DNA of 61,251 nucleotides. Origin: Octopus sinensis. Taxonomy: Eukaryota. Every line of letters starts with the position of its first letter. The stretch's first letter is position 1. The position numbers were made by a program, and so were the translations under genes. The notes beneath the pieces are model-generated. The model searched no databases. It worked only from the letters and a program-made list of their open reading frames with translations, and had not been told where the DNA came from. Shown here piece after piece: positions 47,826-60,232 of the stretch. The stretch covers positions 1 through 61,251 of the forward strand of contig NW_021832402.1 in assembly GCF_006345805.1 (NCBI RefSeq). Reading direction: 5' to 3'.

Positions 47826-49820
47826 ATGCATTCCGCTCCGAAGATCATGGCGACAGTGCTTAAGTCCATCCTAAGGAAAGAGGACAAGATAAGAAAAGCC
47901 ACCAGTTCCTACATAGATGACATTTTGATGGACAAGACTGTAGTGCCAGCCAATGAGGTAGTGAGACATCTGGAGAAGTTCGAGCTGATTGCGAAGCCAC
48001 CAGAGTCGATGGCGGGGAGAGCTGCACTGGGGCTGAAGCTACAAAGAGATAGATCGGGTGAGTTGGTGTTCCAAAGAGGAAATGAAATCCCAGTGCTGAG
48101 TTCCGGTGTCAGCAGGAAAGAGCTGTTCTCGGTGTGTGGGAAGTTGGTCGGTCACTACCCAATCACTTGATGGCCGCACACAGCATGCAGTTACACCATG
48201 AGACGAGCAAAGGGGGAGAGTTGGGGCGACAAGGTGGGAAAGGGGATGGTAGTGATGATGCGGGAAATCCTAGAGACGACAAGAGCAGAAGACCCGGTCA
48301 GGGGGAACTGGTATGTGCCCAAGCTGGAATGTGGGACCATTTGGTGTGATGCTAGCAGTATAGTGATAGGGGTTGTGTTGGAGATCAAAGGCACTGAGAT
48401 GGCTCTGGAAAGCAGACAACTTTAACCACATCAATGTCACCGAATTAGACGCAGTACTGAAGGGTTGAAATTGGCCCTGAAATGGGGGCTGCGCTCAATC
48501 GAAATCCAGATGGATTCAGCCACTGTGCTTGGCTGGGTAGGATCGGTGATAACCGGTGAGAGGAGAGTTTGGACGAAAGGTGCCACGGAGATGTTGGTGA
48601 AGTGCCGTCGGGGAGTTCTAGGAGAATTGATTGCTGAGTTCGGACTGAAGCTGAATGTGGGTTTTGTGCCTTCAGAGAGAAACAGGGCAGACTCACTGAC
48701 CAGGGTGAAAAGGGCGTGGTTGGAGGAGCTGGAAGAGTCAAAGAAAGGGATAGCTGTGATGTCTCAGTTGGATGACTCCGAACTGAAGAGACTACATGCT
48801 ATGCATCACTTGGGGGTGGATAGGACTGTGTATCTCACAAAGATGATTAATGCTGATGTCCCTAGGAGAAGCATCAGGAAAGTGGTCGGAAGCTGTGACA
48901 GGTGCCAGTCCATTAACTCTGTTCCATGTGGGCATGAGCAAGGAAACCTTTCAGTGGAGCACAACTGGGAGCGACTAGCTGTGGATATCATGCACTACCA
49001 TCCGGGCCAGGTAGTCATTTAGATGGAGTTGAACATGGGCATTGCTGATGAGATTGCACAGATTTTGAACGGGATATTTTTAGAGAGGGGTCCCATAGAA
49101 GAAATGCTAATGGACAATGGGGCAGCATTTCATTCAGAAGTGTTGAGGGATATGCTCGACCGGTGGAAAGTGCATCGCTTGTTCAGAGTAGCATATAGGC
49201 CAAGCAGTAATGGAATTGTAGAGAGGCCCTATTGGACAATCAAGACCATAGCAGGAAGAGGGCACATTTTGCTGCTGGAGGCAGTTTTATGGTATAACAT
49301 GTCTCTCCCGATCCGGACAAGCTGAAGAATCTATGCCACATAGAGCAGTATTTAAATACAAATGGAGGCATCCCAATAACGCACTGGAGTGCCACAAAGA
49401 AGAGAAGGGACCCACCTGTGTGAAAATAGGGAAGGAAGTCTGGGTTAAGCCACCGAAGGTGCACTGTACGTCTCCATGGAGCAGAGGAACGGTGACAGTG
49501 GCCAATTCCAGAAACAATGTCTCCATGGATGGAATGCCACAACACATTTTGGACCTTCGCAGGATTGTCGCTTCATCGGATGACAATTGTGGAGAAGAGA
49601 TCTCGACACACAAGACGCCTGCGCTGGTTGGATGGTGAACTTCGATGTGGAGTAGGGGGATGTGATCTGTAAGATCAGGGTGGTGTGTGGGATGACGTCA
49701 GCGGCTGGGGAGCTGACCAGAAGAGGAAGGGCACGCAGGTGACGTGCGCACAGGTGGGGGATGATTGTGTCCTTTTCGATCGGGGAAGCCATGAGTGCTG
49801 GACCTGTGAGCACTTCAACA
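47826..49820 (+). mobile_element. Ty3/Gypsy-like LTR retrotransposon 3' half (RT-RNase H-integrase, PPT, start of 3' LTR)
   Basis: SAPKIM..SYIDDI (RT); WCDASS, ELDAVLKG, MDSATV, NRADSLTR (RNase H); HHLGVDRT..CDRC, LAVDIMH, MDNG, NGIVER (integrase); PPT AGTAGGGGGA 49651-60 then TG. The LTR end is uncertain. Confidence 0.9.
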
Positions 49821-50821
49821 TAATGAGGGATAGCAGTTGCTACTTTTAGAGTTTCGGGATGGGCCACATGGAAGGGTACGTTACCACCGGAGAGGTCTGC
49901 ATCAACAAAGAGAAGGTGTCTTACTTCTAATCTCCTGCATTCACCACTATTGACACTAGTTTATGCTTATTGTTCGATGCATCAATATTCCTCGAATTTT
50001 CCATTGTGTTGTTGCTTTTATTGAACTCATAAAGCAAAATATACTGAATATGCTTCTTTGTCACTTCCATTATAGATTTGAAAAAATAACTGTTAAATAA
50101 TAATAATAATAATAATCAAACCCAATACAATTCAAAAGCCAAATAATATTGATAAACAAAAAAACGTTACTTGGCTTGTCGATGAAAATAATATAAATGA
50201 ATTTTAAACGTAAAAAAGTAGGTCTTAGCATTTATAAGAAATTAAACTCGTGAAGACATTGTGTAAACAAATAGAATAAAATTATCAATGAAAATACTGA
50301 AAACTATTTATTAATGAAAAAGACAAAAAATATTTAAGCTTCATGAATTAAAGAAAAATATGAAAAATAGAATAACAAATGACATTTTACTCTAAAGACA
50401 TTTTACTATAAATGACAGTTTACTATAAATTCAGTTCCAAATAATTATTATGTAAAATATACATATAATATTAAATTGATTTATGTTCCTATAACTAATA
50501 GATCTTAATAAAATTATATATAATAATTTATGTATTAAGAAATATCTAAGTTGAAAATTGTTCAAATTTATTAATATGACATATAATAATATAGTAAATT
50601 ATACTTTAATACTATTAAATTATATCTACAAAAAATAAATAACATAAAAAGAAATAAGGTTTTATACATACTGAAAAATAAGTTAAATGTATTATATTGG
50701 TAAATAAATTTATGTTACCATTTAATTTTAAATGACTGTTTACTATAAATTTAAAGTCTAAATAAAAAGTAAGTAAAATATATATATATATATAATATAT
50801 TTAAATTAATTTATATTACTA

Positions 50822-51244
50822 TACTCTCTCTTTTACTCTTTTACTTGTTTCAGTCATTTGACTGCGGCCATGCTGGAGCACCGCCTTTAGTCGAGCAAAT
50901 CGACCCCGAGACTTATTTTTTGTAAGCCCAGTACTTATTATATCGGTCTCTTTTGCCGAACCGCTATGTGACGGGGACGTAAACACATACCAGCATCGTT
51001 GTCAAGCAATGCTAGGGGACAACACAGACACACAAACACACACACACACATACATTTATATATATATATATATATATATACGACAGGCTTCTTTCAGTTT
51101 CCGTCTACCAAATCCACTCACAAGGCATTGGTCGGCCCGGGGCTATAGCAGAAGACACTTGCCCAAGATGCCACGCAGTGGGATTGAACCCAGAACCATG
51201 TGGTTGGTTAGCAAGCTACTTACCACACAGCCACTCCTGTGCCT
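50822..51244 (-). mobile_element. Full-length CORE-like tRNA SINE
   Basis: All head, core and tail motifs present. Confidence 0.94.
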
Positions 51245-51286
51245 ATAATTATTATATCTTAATAAATTTATATAATCATTTATTTA

Positions 51287-51700
51287 TTAGCTAAACCTAT
51301 TATATAGGTAATTTAATTTATGTTTACATTTAATTTTATGTTCCTCCAATGAGTTTACCAACATATAATTGTTATTAAATAAGATTTCTTTGAATTTGTT
51401 ATTACACAGTGAACAAAAATTACTCCCTATATAATATGATTTAGCCCTACAAATAATCTCCCAAGTTAATTTATATTTAATAGATCTAGATTTAAGGTCC
51501 CAAATATATTTATTGAGACCTGTTGAATTTATTAGATTTTTATTCCTAAAAGAATACATATGTTGAGATACTCTTGATTTAATTTTATTCGAAGAGGACC
51601 CTATATAAATAGTGTTTAAATTATGATAATTCAAATTCTTATCATCTATTAAAGTTACCATACACTTATAGACTACATTATCTAAATTACAATTATTATT
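51287..51700 (-). mobile_element. Naiad-like PLE GIY-YIG remnant
   Basis: IYIGSSSNKIKSRVSQHMYSF..STGLNKYIWDLK..WEII..CSLC..CKHK. Confidence 0.8.
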
Positions 51701-52193
51701 AAAATTACATGTAGTCTTATCCCTACACGTACAATAAATTAAATCTTGGTCTTTATTATTATTATTGGAATCAATATTTAATCTATCTTTATAGAATTTA
51801 TTTAATTTAAATGTATTAAATGAAGAAATAATATTATCAACTCCAAAATTATCATTAGAAAAAAATGTTATAATGTGTTTTAGTATTTAAATACAAATGG
51901 AGGCATCCCATATATGTGCATATATATATATATATGCATATACAGAAATTTAGATTCAGATGAATTAGGTACTTAAGTTGAGGCACCAGAATCTAGTATG
52001 GTATTATCCATAGAGTTTCAAAATAAGGTGATTAAATTCAAAATAAGCAACAGCATAGCCAGCAATGCAGTACGATTGTTTCAAGCGACTCCATTTAATT
52101 GAGCAATGCAGCCATTACATCAATTTAAATGCAGAGCAATCCACAGCTGCATAAATACACAGAATTAAATTAAATTAAAACAGATGGACACAT

Positions 52194-52483
52194 TACTCTT
52201 TACTCTTTTACATGTTTCAGTCATTTGACTGCGGCCATGCTGGAGCACCGCCTTTAGTCGAGCAAATCGACCCCGGGACTTATTCTTTTGTAAGCCCAGT
52301 ACTTATTCTATCGGTCTCTTTTGCCGAACCGCTAAGTTACGGGGACGTAAACACACCAGCATCGGTTGTCAAGCAATGCTAGGGGGACAAACACAGACAC
52401 ACAAACACACACACATACATATATATATATATACATATATACGACGGACTTCTTTCAGTTTCCGTCTACCAAATCCACTCACA
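52194..52483 (-). mobile_element. 5'-truncated CORE-like SINE (little diverged)
   Basis: Tail and body close to 50822-51244; head missing. Confidence 0.93.
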
Positions 52484-53889
52484 TTAGTATAATTTTACCT
52501 AAAACCTCCAAGAAGGAATGGAGATAGACAAAGAACATGCTGTCTTCACTTCAGCTTAGAAGCTACTAAGGTATCAGGAAGAAAGACTTGTTAGAGATCT
52601 AGCTTGTCACTGTTTTGTGGAGTCAGTTTTAATTTATAGTCTTGTTTATCAAATCTTTGTATGTCAAAATCTAAAGCCAAAGAACAAGGAGCAGTGTCTG
52701 TTAGGAAAGGGGCTGAGGGAATTGACAGAAATCAGAGTGGGTATAGTCTTAAAAACTATCAAGATTAATTTGAAACAATATGATGAGATTTGGTAAAGGA
52801 AATCTTAAATCAAGATGACAATTAAAGGGGCAAGACTAGTAAACCAATGATGATAATACAGGGGAAATTTTATCATGGGGTACTATAGTTAAATATTTTA
52901 AACAATATTGCCATATTGTATAAAGTTAAAATTTAGGGTTATTCAGATTTTAAAGAAGAATATAACAAAAGGATAACATTTTTTTGAATACTTTTGAGTA
53001 TATACTGAATTTTACCATAATAGAGGGAGGAAAAGAAATTACATAGAAATAGTTTGATACTTATACATATTATGTACTTAAATACTAACTTATTAGATGG
53101 TTTCTATGAAGATTGATCATTGGCATTCACTGGTATTTAATAAAGGAGTACTGAGGTAAAAGAACATGCTAACTATATATTAATTAAGTTATAATCTAAG
53201 CAGTTTATTTTAAGTTGTGAATATACCAGTATTGTTTTATATAAGCTAAGTAAGAATTTATAGGAGTACAAAAATCAGGTTTATTTTATAAAGGTTATTA
53301 TAAAATAATAAAATGATCAGGTAGGATAGAACACCATAGAAAAGGAATAAAATAGCTTAATTACTAAAAACCATGATGAAATATATATACCTTATAGAAA
53401 ATGTATAATAATTTAAGTATTTAAACTAAAAATTGTTTATTTATTTAGCTTGTATCTACAAAGACTGATACCTGGTGTTAACTAAAAGAATATTGATGTT
53501 ATAGGACATGCTAATTATATACTAAAAGGTATATTATAGGTTTTAAAAGTATTTTGTGTGTTAATCCATACATGATATTGTAGTTTCTTAGGGGTACTTA
53601 ATTAGAAGGTCTACTTACATAAAGGCCCTTATAAATACTGAGATCAGGATGGTGGAACACTTTAAGAAAGGGATAAATAAAGTAATTATTAAAACTATGA
53701 TGAAATTTGATCAACTAGGCAGGAAAAATTCATATGGATATTATAGTAACTTTGTTTAGCACACTAACTAACTAGACTATATAGCTTTTATTATATTGTA
53801 ATATATGCAGTGTGCTATAATTTCAGACTAAAAATATTAAAAGTAAGTATCCATCAAAATCAGTTCCTATAAAGTGCTACTTTCAAAAT

Positions 53890-54470
53890 TATTTAAAAGT
53901 TTGGAGATACATCAATTATGTATGCATGATATCCTAAGGTCTAATCTATCATTAACCAGGCTGCCTTTATCTTTATGCTTAAAAATTTCATATGTTTCCA
54001 TAGAGCACAGCTCACATCCATATCTACTATTTCTATTAGGCTGTGCTTTTTTTATTATTTCCCATTTAAGGCTAAACCCAATTCTACTTTCCTTTAATTC
54101 CCAAATTTTACTGGATAATGACGTACAATTCGCCTTGTGTTTAAGTTTAAAAGAGGACAAGTGGTTGTATCGATGTTGTTTCATATTAATCGAACAACCA
54201 ATATCTAAAAAATTACTAGTTGTAGTTATTGTACATTTATAAATTATGTTCCAGGTAAGACATCGGCCTAATAACAGACAGTGGGATTTAACTCTACAAT
54301 TGCAACTAGGAGAAATATCACTATTAATATTAGTATTATTAAGATTTATATTATTATTATTAATATTTTCACTATTAATATTATGTTCATGTCTGTTATT
54401 TTCTACCTTCCTCTCAATCGTATCATTTACATTTATATATACATATATTTTATATATTTACATATCTATA
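53890..54470 (-). mobile_element. Naiad-like PLE GIY-YIG remnant with Asn-rich linker
   Basis: CNCRVKSHCLLLGRCLTWNIIYKC; RYNHLSSF..TSLSSKIWELKE..KWEII..CELC..CIH. Confidence 0.82.
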
Positions 54471-54472
54471 TG

Positions 54473-54516
<44 letters not shown>

Positions 54517-54525
54517 ATATATATA

Positions 54526-54915
54526 TTTTTACTTGTTTCAGTCATTTGACTGCAGCCATGCTAGAGCACCGCCTTTTAGTCGAGCAAATTGACCCCAGGT
54601 CTTATTCTTTGTAAGCCTAGTACTTATTCTATCGACCTCTTTTGCCGAACCGCTAAGTAACAGGGACGTAAACATACCAGCATCGGTTGTCAAGTGATGT
54701 GGGGGGGGACAAACACAGACACACATATATATATATACACATATATATATACGACAGGCTTCTTTCAGTTTCCGTCTACCAAATCCACTCACAAGGCTTT
54801 GGTTGGCCTGAGGCTATAGTAGAAGACACTTTCCCAAGGTGCCACGCAGTGGGACTGAACCCGGAACCATGTGGTTGGTAAGCAGGCTACTTACCACATA
54901 GCCACTCCTGCGCCT
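54526..54915 (-). mobile_element. Full-length CORE-like tRNA SINE
   Basis: All head, core and tail motifs present. Confidence 0.94.
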
Positions 54916-55049
54916 ATATATATATATTTGTGCATGTATGTGTGTCTGTCTCTCTGTGTCAGCATCTTTTGTTTTCTGTTAGTATATATAGTGTGTATAT
55001 ATGTATGTATATATACACAAGTATTTTTTAGAGCCTTAATCGGTGAATG

Positions 55050-55460
55050 GTGAATCCCACACCTGCAGCAGGTAGTCTCTAAAATATGAACAGGGGCTAC
55101 AGATCTCCTTTCTGGCGTTTAAGGATCCTTGCCTGCTCTGCTATGCAAAGCTTGTATTGCTGCTCCCATATATATATAGGACCCCTGTTGGTTTATGAGC
55201 CTTCATTTAATTTTGTATGGAGTTCCTTCATCCTTAATGTGCCACATGTGGATGGCCAGGGATGTGACATAATGCCTTTCCAGAATTTTAAAAGAGGACA
55301 TATGGTTGTACAGGCACTGCTTAGAGGTAGCTCCAGCCGAATTGATGTATCTACAAACTTGAGTGCTGATTGTTTTCCCATCGCTGGTGTTTCTTCTGAT
55401 GTCCCAGGCCTGATGTTGGTGTTATTGCTGCTGTTATTGCTTGGTGTACAGACATTGTAT
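55050..55460 (-). mobile_element. Naiad-like PLE GIY-YIG remnant (frame not in ORF track)
   Basis: Manual translation KQCLYNHMSSFK..TSLAIHMWHIKDEGTPYKIK*, followed by YKLCIAE. Confidence 0.7.
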
Positions 55461-55982
55461 ATTGAGAAAAAGAAAGCAATCAGAAATTTGGATAATTCTT
55501 TATTAGCACTTCCATTCATTTAACAAACTCATCAAGACAAAATCAAAATTTTGATTCTGTCTTAACAAGTTCAATAAATGAACAAAAGCACTAATAAAGT
55601 ATTATTCAAAATTCTTACTGCCTCCTTTTTCTTAACCTTTTCATTACCAATCTGGCTGAAACTGGCTCTGGCTCTGAGTACAAATGTCTTGTTTTCATAA
55701 GTTTTGAATTAAAATCTTCCACAAAACCTTAGTCACAATTTATGTTCCTAACACTAGCTGAATGATAACTAAGTTATTTTACTATATTCTTTCTTATATT
55801 TAAATTAATTGAAAGAAACACAGAGTATCTCAAAATAAATACAGTAACAAAAGGTTTAATACATACATACATATATATGTGTGTGTGTGTATGTGAGAAG
55901 AAAATGGATGTAAATAACAAGGTGAAACTTGTTGTTTTTACTGGTATGCCTTTACTTTAATTAATTAACAAAGAAGAAAGTA

Positions 55983-56033
55983 GCATTTATGATCGTTTCA
56001 ATTCACTAGTTTTAGTAAATATCTTCAGAATGC
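55983..56033 (-). ncRNA. Minimal type I hammerhead ribozyme motif (one stem III mutation)
   Basis: GCATT-CTGAAGA-stem II (ATTTAC/GTGAAT)-GAAA-CGATCATA-AATGC. Confidence 0.65.
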
Positions 56034-58163
56034 GAAAAATAAATTGATACATCAGTAACGGTAATAAAGTCAAATTTTTTTAGTCTTACATTATATTATG
56101 TTCTTAAGTTGATTATTCCACTGGGGAGTGGATTTCATTGTAGATCGGTTAGTTTATGGTTCTGTTGGGTAATTAAAGTGGGGTGTATATTAATTTGGTG
56201 TGGAATCCCGAGTTTGACTAAGCACATTTTTTGCGCACATGTATATTAGATTGGTTGTAATCAGCGGTGAGTTTTAGTCACCAGTGATATAAGTGAAGGG
56301 GGATAACTCTAATTTAAGGTGAGATGGGAGCTAACTCAAACTGGATTATTTACACAAGGGAGGGTGGTTTAACATTATATTATGGCTACAGTTCATAGTG
56401 ATAAAAGGGGCCCTATGTAGGTGTAAAGTAAATTATTATGGAATGTGGAGAGCGAGTGGGGTTGGGGGGTGACTGCTTATGTGTAAGTGTTTAAGGTGGT
56501 TCCCAGTTAATTAGACTTATATAGATGAATATGCTAGTGTGGGATTTGTAGAGGGTCCTACTATTTTACTGATACTTTGAAAAGACACAGAAGCCTACAT
56601 GAAGACAAAAAATTTGTTCTCAAATTTCCTATTGAGGAGGGGTTGTTTAGCCATTAGAATAGCTAGGCGTTCTGATAAACAGAGATCACAGTGTCTATTA
56701 GCGGTGTTTAATCTATAATCTATTTTTTTATCCTTAAGTTGCCAAATATATCTACTGAGCCCAGTTGAATTAGCCTTACTCCTATTTCTGAAGCTAGATT
56801 GGTGTGTGTTATATCTAAGAATCATTTGGTTTTTAGTGGCACCTATATATGATTTTATCTGGCTATTTGTGTGCACGTCACATTGGTAAACTACATTATT
56901 TGTCTTACATCTATTTGAGAAATGGCACTTTGCTCTATCCCTGCATCCACATAAATTATTAGGTATATCTGTGTTTCTGTTATGTTGAGGGGGGCTATTA
57001 CTGTTCAGGTCTATATCTAAGTTAGTAGGAGGCACTACGTAAGTGGTGGGCTTAGTTCTGTTATTTGGTTGGTTATTATTATTGTTGTTCACAATTTCTC
57101 TAGCTTCATAGAATTTGTCTAGTTTTCAGTTATTTATTGAGGCTATGATTGTATCTAAGTTATTGGTTAGGCTGTAGCCTACACTAATTTTATTCCTAAA
57201 AAATTCTGCATATTTATTATTAACGTTTAGGTGTTTATCTATGTTTGGTTTGAAGTGCATAGATTACGAGCCAGATTTTATCACTACTTTGTTTATATTT
57301 TGTATTGTTTTTTCTAGTATAGAAGCTACCCTCCTTGTATCTGAGTCGTATGAAGTTGTGGTTATGGCTATCTTGCTTATTTCCATAGTTAGGTTTCACT
57401 TTCCTGTTACTTTTGTTTGGTATTGCTTGCATAGGGTTTATGTGGACTAGATGGCATGGTTTTCTTATTATTAACAGGGTTCTTTGGGGCACTTTGGCTT
57501 TATTCATACCAATGTGTAGGTTTATATTATTATTTTTGTAGCTAATGTTATTTTTGGGCTTATTTATGTACTTGGTATTGTTAGTTGTGTTAATATTGTT
57601 CATCTTATTCATTATCCCTTTATTGGTATTAGTGTTGTGGTTAATTTTGTTGTTATTGGTGGTTTGTGTATAGGCCTTGGTATTGTTTTTATTGGGGTTA
57701 CCCATAGTGTTCCTATTGCTGGTGTAGCTTGTGGTGATGTATGGTGTGTGGTTGGTGTTAATGGTATTAGTGAGTGGGTTTCTGTTATTTGGGCTACTTG
57801 TATGGGTGATTAGGGTCAAGGTATTTAATTTTTTGTTTAAATCCTGTTTTCTATCGTGTGGAATTATAAATTTCTTTATGCCTATTAAAGATATTTATGT
57901 TGGAAGAGAGGTGTGATATTCTATTGCTAATGCTATGTACTAGGCCTCTCTTAATAAAGTTTGGGTGGTTACTAGAAGTGTTTATGTATCTGAGGTTTGT
58001 ATTGTAGCTAGGTTGCAGTTTGTGTCTTAGTAGTTAATAGAGGTGTGTTCCTTTTTAATAGAAATAGATAGACCTAATCTTTTAAAGAATTTGTGTAGTT
58101 TTTTTCTTGAAAAGCTCAAATTTTGTCTTTATTACCATTACCGATATATTAATTTATTTTTCA

Positions 58164-58205
58164 CATTCTGAAGATAAAACTAATAAACTGAAATGATCGT
58201 AAATG
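58164..58205 (+). ncRNA. Minimal type I hammerhead ribozyme motif (inverted pLTR copy)
   Basis: CATT-CTGAAGA-(eroded stem II)-GAAA-TGATCGTA-AATG. Confidence 0.55.
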
Positions 58206-58515
58206 TTATCTTCTTCTTTGTTAATTAATTAGATTAAAGGCATACCAGTGAAAACAAAGAGTTTCTCCTTGTTATTTACATCCATTTTCTTCTTGTATAA
58301 ACCGAAACTATGGTTTACCTACCGAATTACCTGCTACCATACAACTTTACAAAGGACTGTACCTACTCAGGTAATCACCAGGAGCACATTTGGATTTAAT
58401 TATCCTTTAGAGATTTTAAACTCTTCTAACTGATACCTACACTATATACATATATCATCATTTAACGCCCGCTTTCCATGCTAGCATGGGTTGGACCATA
58501 TATATATATATATAT

Positions 58516-59448
58516 ACACGGGATGCCACTTGGCTGACTGGTTCGCAGAACACCTCCAAGACATCCGCCTCGGCAATGACCCCCCGGTCTCATGCCATTT
58601 CCGCTCTACCAGTCACTCTTTGCAACACCTGTCCATGTTTGGATTGTCCTTGCTCAGGGGCCATCTGGACTCCCATTTGCACCGTGAACAGGGATTATTC
58701 TTCTCTCTTCACTCCTTTGTGCCACATGAGCTCAACTCTCCTCTTCATCTAACCTTCTCTCCATGCCCCTCCCCCTCCCTCCCACCCACCTCTCCTCTCT
58801 TGCTCCAACTCTTACTTCTCTTCACTCCTACTCTCTTTCTCTCTTCTCTCACACCCACCTTCATTGTCAACCCTCCTGCATAAGCCCACTCCACCCCTAC
58901 ACATTCCTACCCCACCTTCCCATCCCTTAACCCTCTCCCATACAACCCACCCTCTGCCTACCCACATACCCCACCTCTACTCCAACCTTCAGCCTAACCC
59001 ACACCCCATCTGTGGTTTCCCCACTCTCATCTCCCCATCTCCCAACACCATCACACACACCACACAACACATCACATCACGCCACCATGCACACACCAGC
59101 ACTGACTGGTTCCCATTCCCACATTTTCACACCTACACATACACACACATCAAGATCACAAGCCCTCTTTCACACGCACATATGTACTCTTTCACGCGCA
59201 CCTTCGTTTTGGGATCACTACCACTTTGTTATCCCCCCTTTGTGACCCTTCTGTCCGGCATTCGCCATGATAGATCGCTAGCCACTACACACATTTTTTC
59301 TCTCCTTGTTTCTTTCTGTGTTCCTTTCTGTAAAAGAGTGTAGGCTCGAAACATTAAAGACTTTTTCAATTCCTGAGCATTATACTAATACATCTGTTTG
59401 TTTTCTACACCACCTGTCTTCATCTTTTGTTTTTTTTGTGAATTTTCC
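58516..59448 (+). mobile_element. PLE 3' fragment (GIY-YIG C-terminus, C/T-rich tail)
   Basis: TGCHLADWFAEHLQDIRL..PVSCHF..REQGLFFSLHSFVPHELN; hammerhead-like motif at 59324-59360. Preceded by a 44-bp RTE tail (58454-58497, -). Confidence 0.78.
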
Positions 59449-60194
59449 CCATATATATATATATAAAGTATATATAAACACATATACATATGCTGATATA
59501 AACACACATATACATATATGCAGAGACATATGTCATTGTAATTTCTTATATATATAAGCAGTGAAAATTGTGATAACTCTAGACAAAAAATAACATATGT
59601 TAGTAAGAAGATATTCCATGAACCATGTTATTTGCATATGAATTTAGTTTTCAGCTAGAAGAATTTCATAACAGGTGAAAAAATAAGGAAAAAACCCTAT
59701 TAATTTGGTGCCACTTCAAAGCAAACTGTTTTTCTTTTCTATAAAAACCGATTCTTAAAGCCAAAAATAGTTAATTGGTTGGGCTATTGATCAGACAGGA
59801 AGTGATTTATTATGATATTCTGCAGACAGTACATCTGTGGGTCATAAGCTGAAGCATGTCTGTAAGTGACTTTATGACAATCAGTCAAGTGACCTTCATC
59901 TGGACACAGTCTAGGATATATATCTGGTACTGTTTGTACTAACAGCGCCTAATATGGGAGCATAACTCGAAACTGGGTTTCACCTAAGTTTTGCAGAGGG
60001 TCAGAAATTATTGAAAGTTGAAGTATTTCTGAATTAAAGATATGCAGCTACCATGGTGTCATTATGAAGGTTCTAGTTAAGTGTTGGTCATGTTTAAGTG
60101 GGATGAGATGCAACGATGTTTTCTTGATATGAGTTTCTTGCCATATGTGTTTGTGTGTGTCTGTGCATCTCCCTCTCTCTCTCATCATACATAC

Positions 60195-60226
<32 letters not shown>

Positions 60227-60232
<6 letters not shown>

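Larger units (their letters stand above)
55896..58293 (-). mobile_element. 5'-truncated Naiad-like PLE (RT thumb, linker, GIY-YIG) flanked by inverted pseudo-LTRs
   Basis: Thumb YINTSSNHPNFIKR..NRISHLSS (~57850-58000); GIY-YIG CGCRDRAKC..NVVYQC..YIGATK..CDLC (56595-57092); 55896-56078 is a ~85% reverse complement of 58118-58293. Confidence 0.88.

Noticed and set aside
51287-57092. Selenocysteine (in-frame TGA at Cys positions), reported for some Naiad PLEs
   Set aside because: The CxC, CxxC and CxH positions readable in the four GIY-YIG remnants are ordinary Cys codons or point-mutated (TAC); none is TGA.
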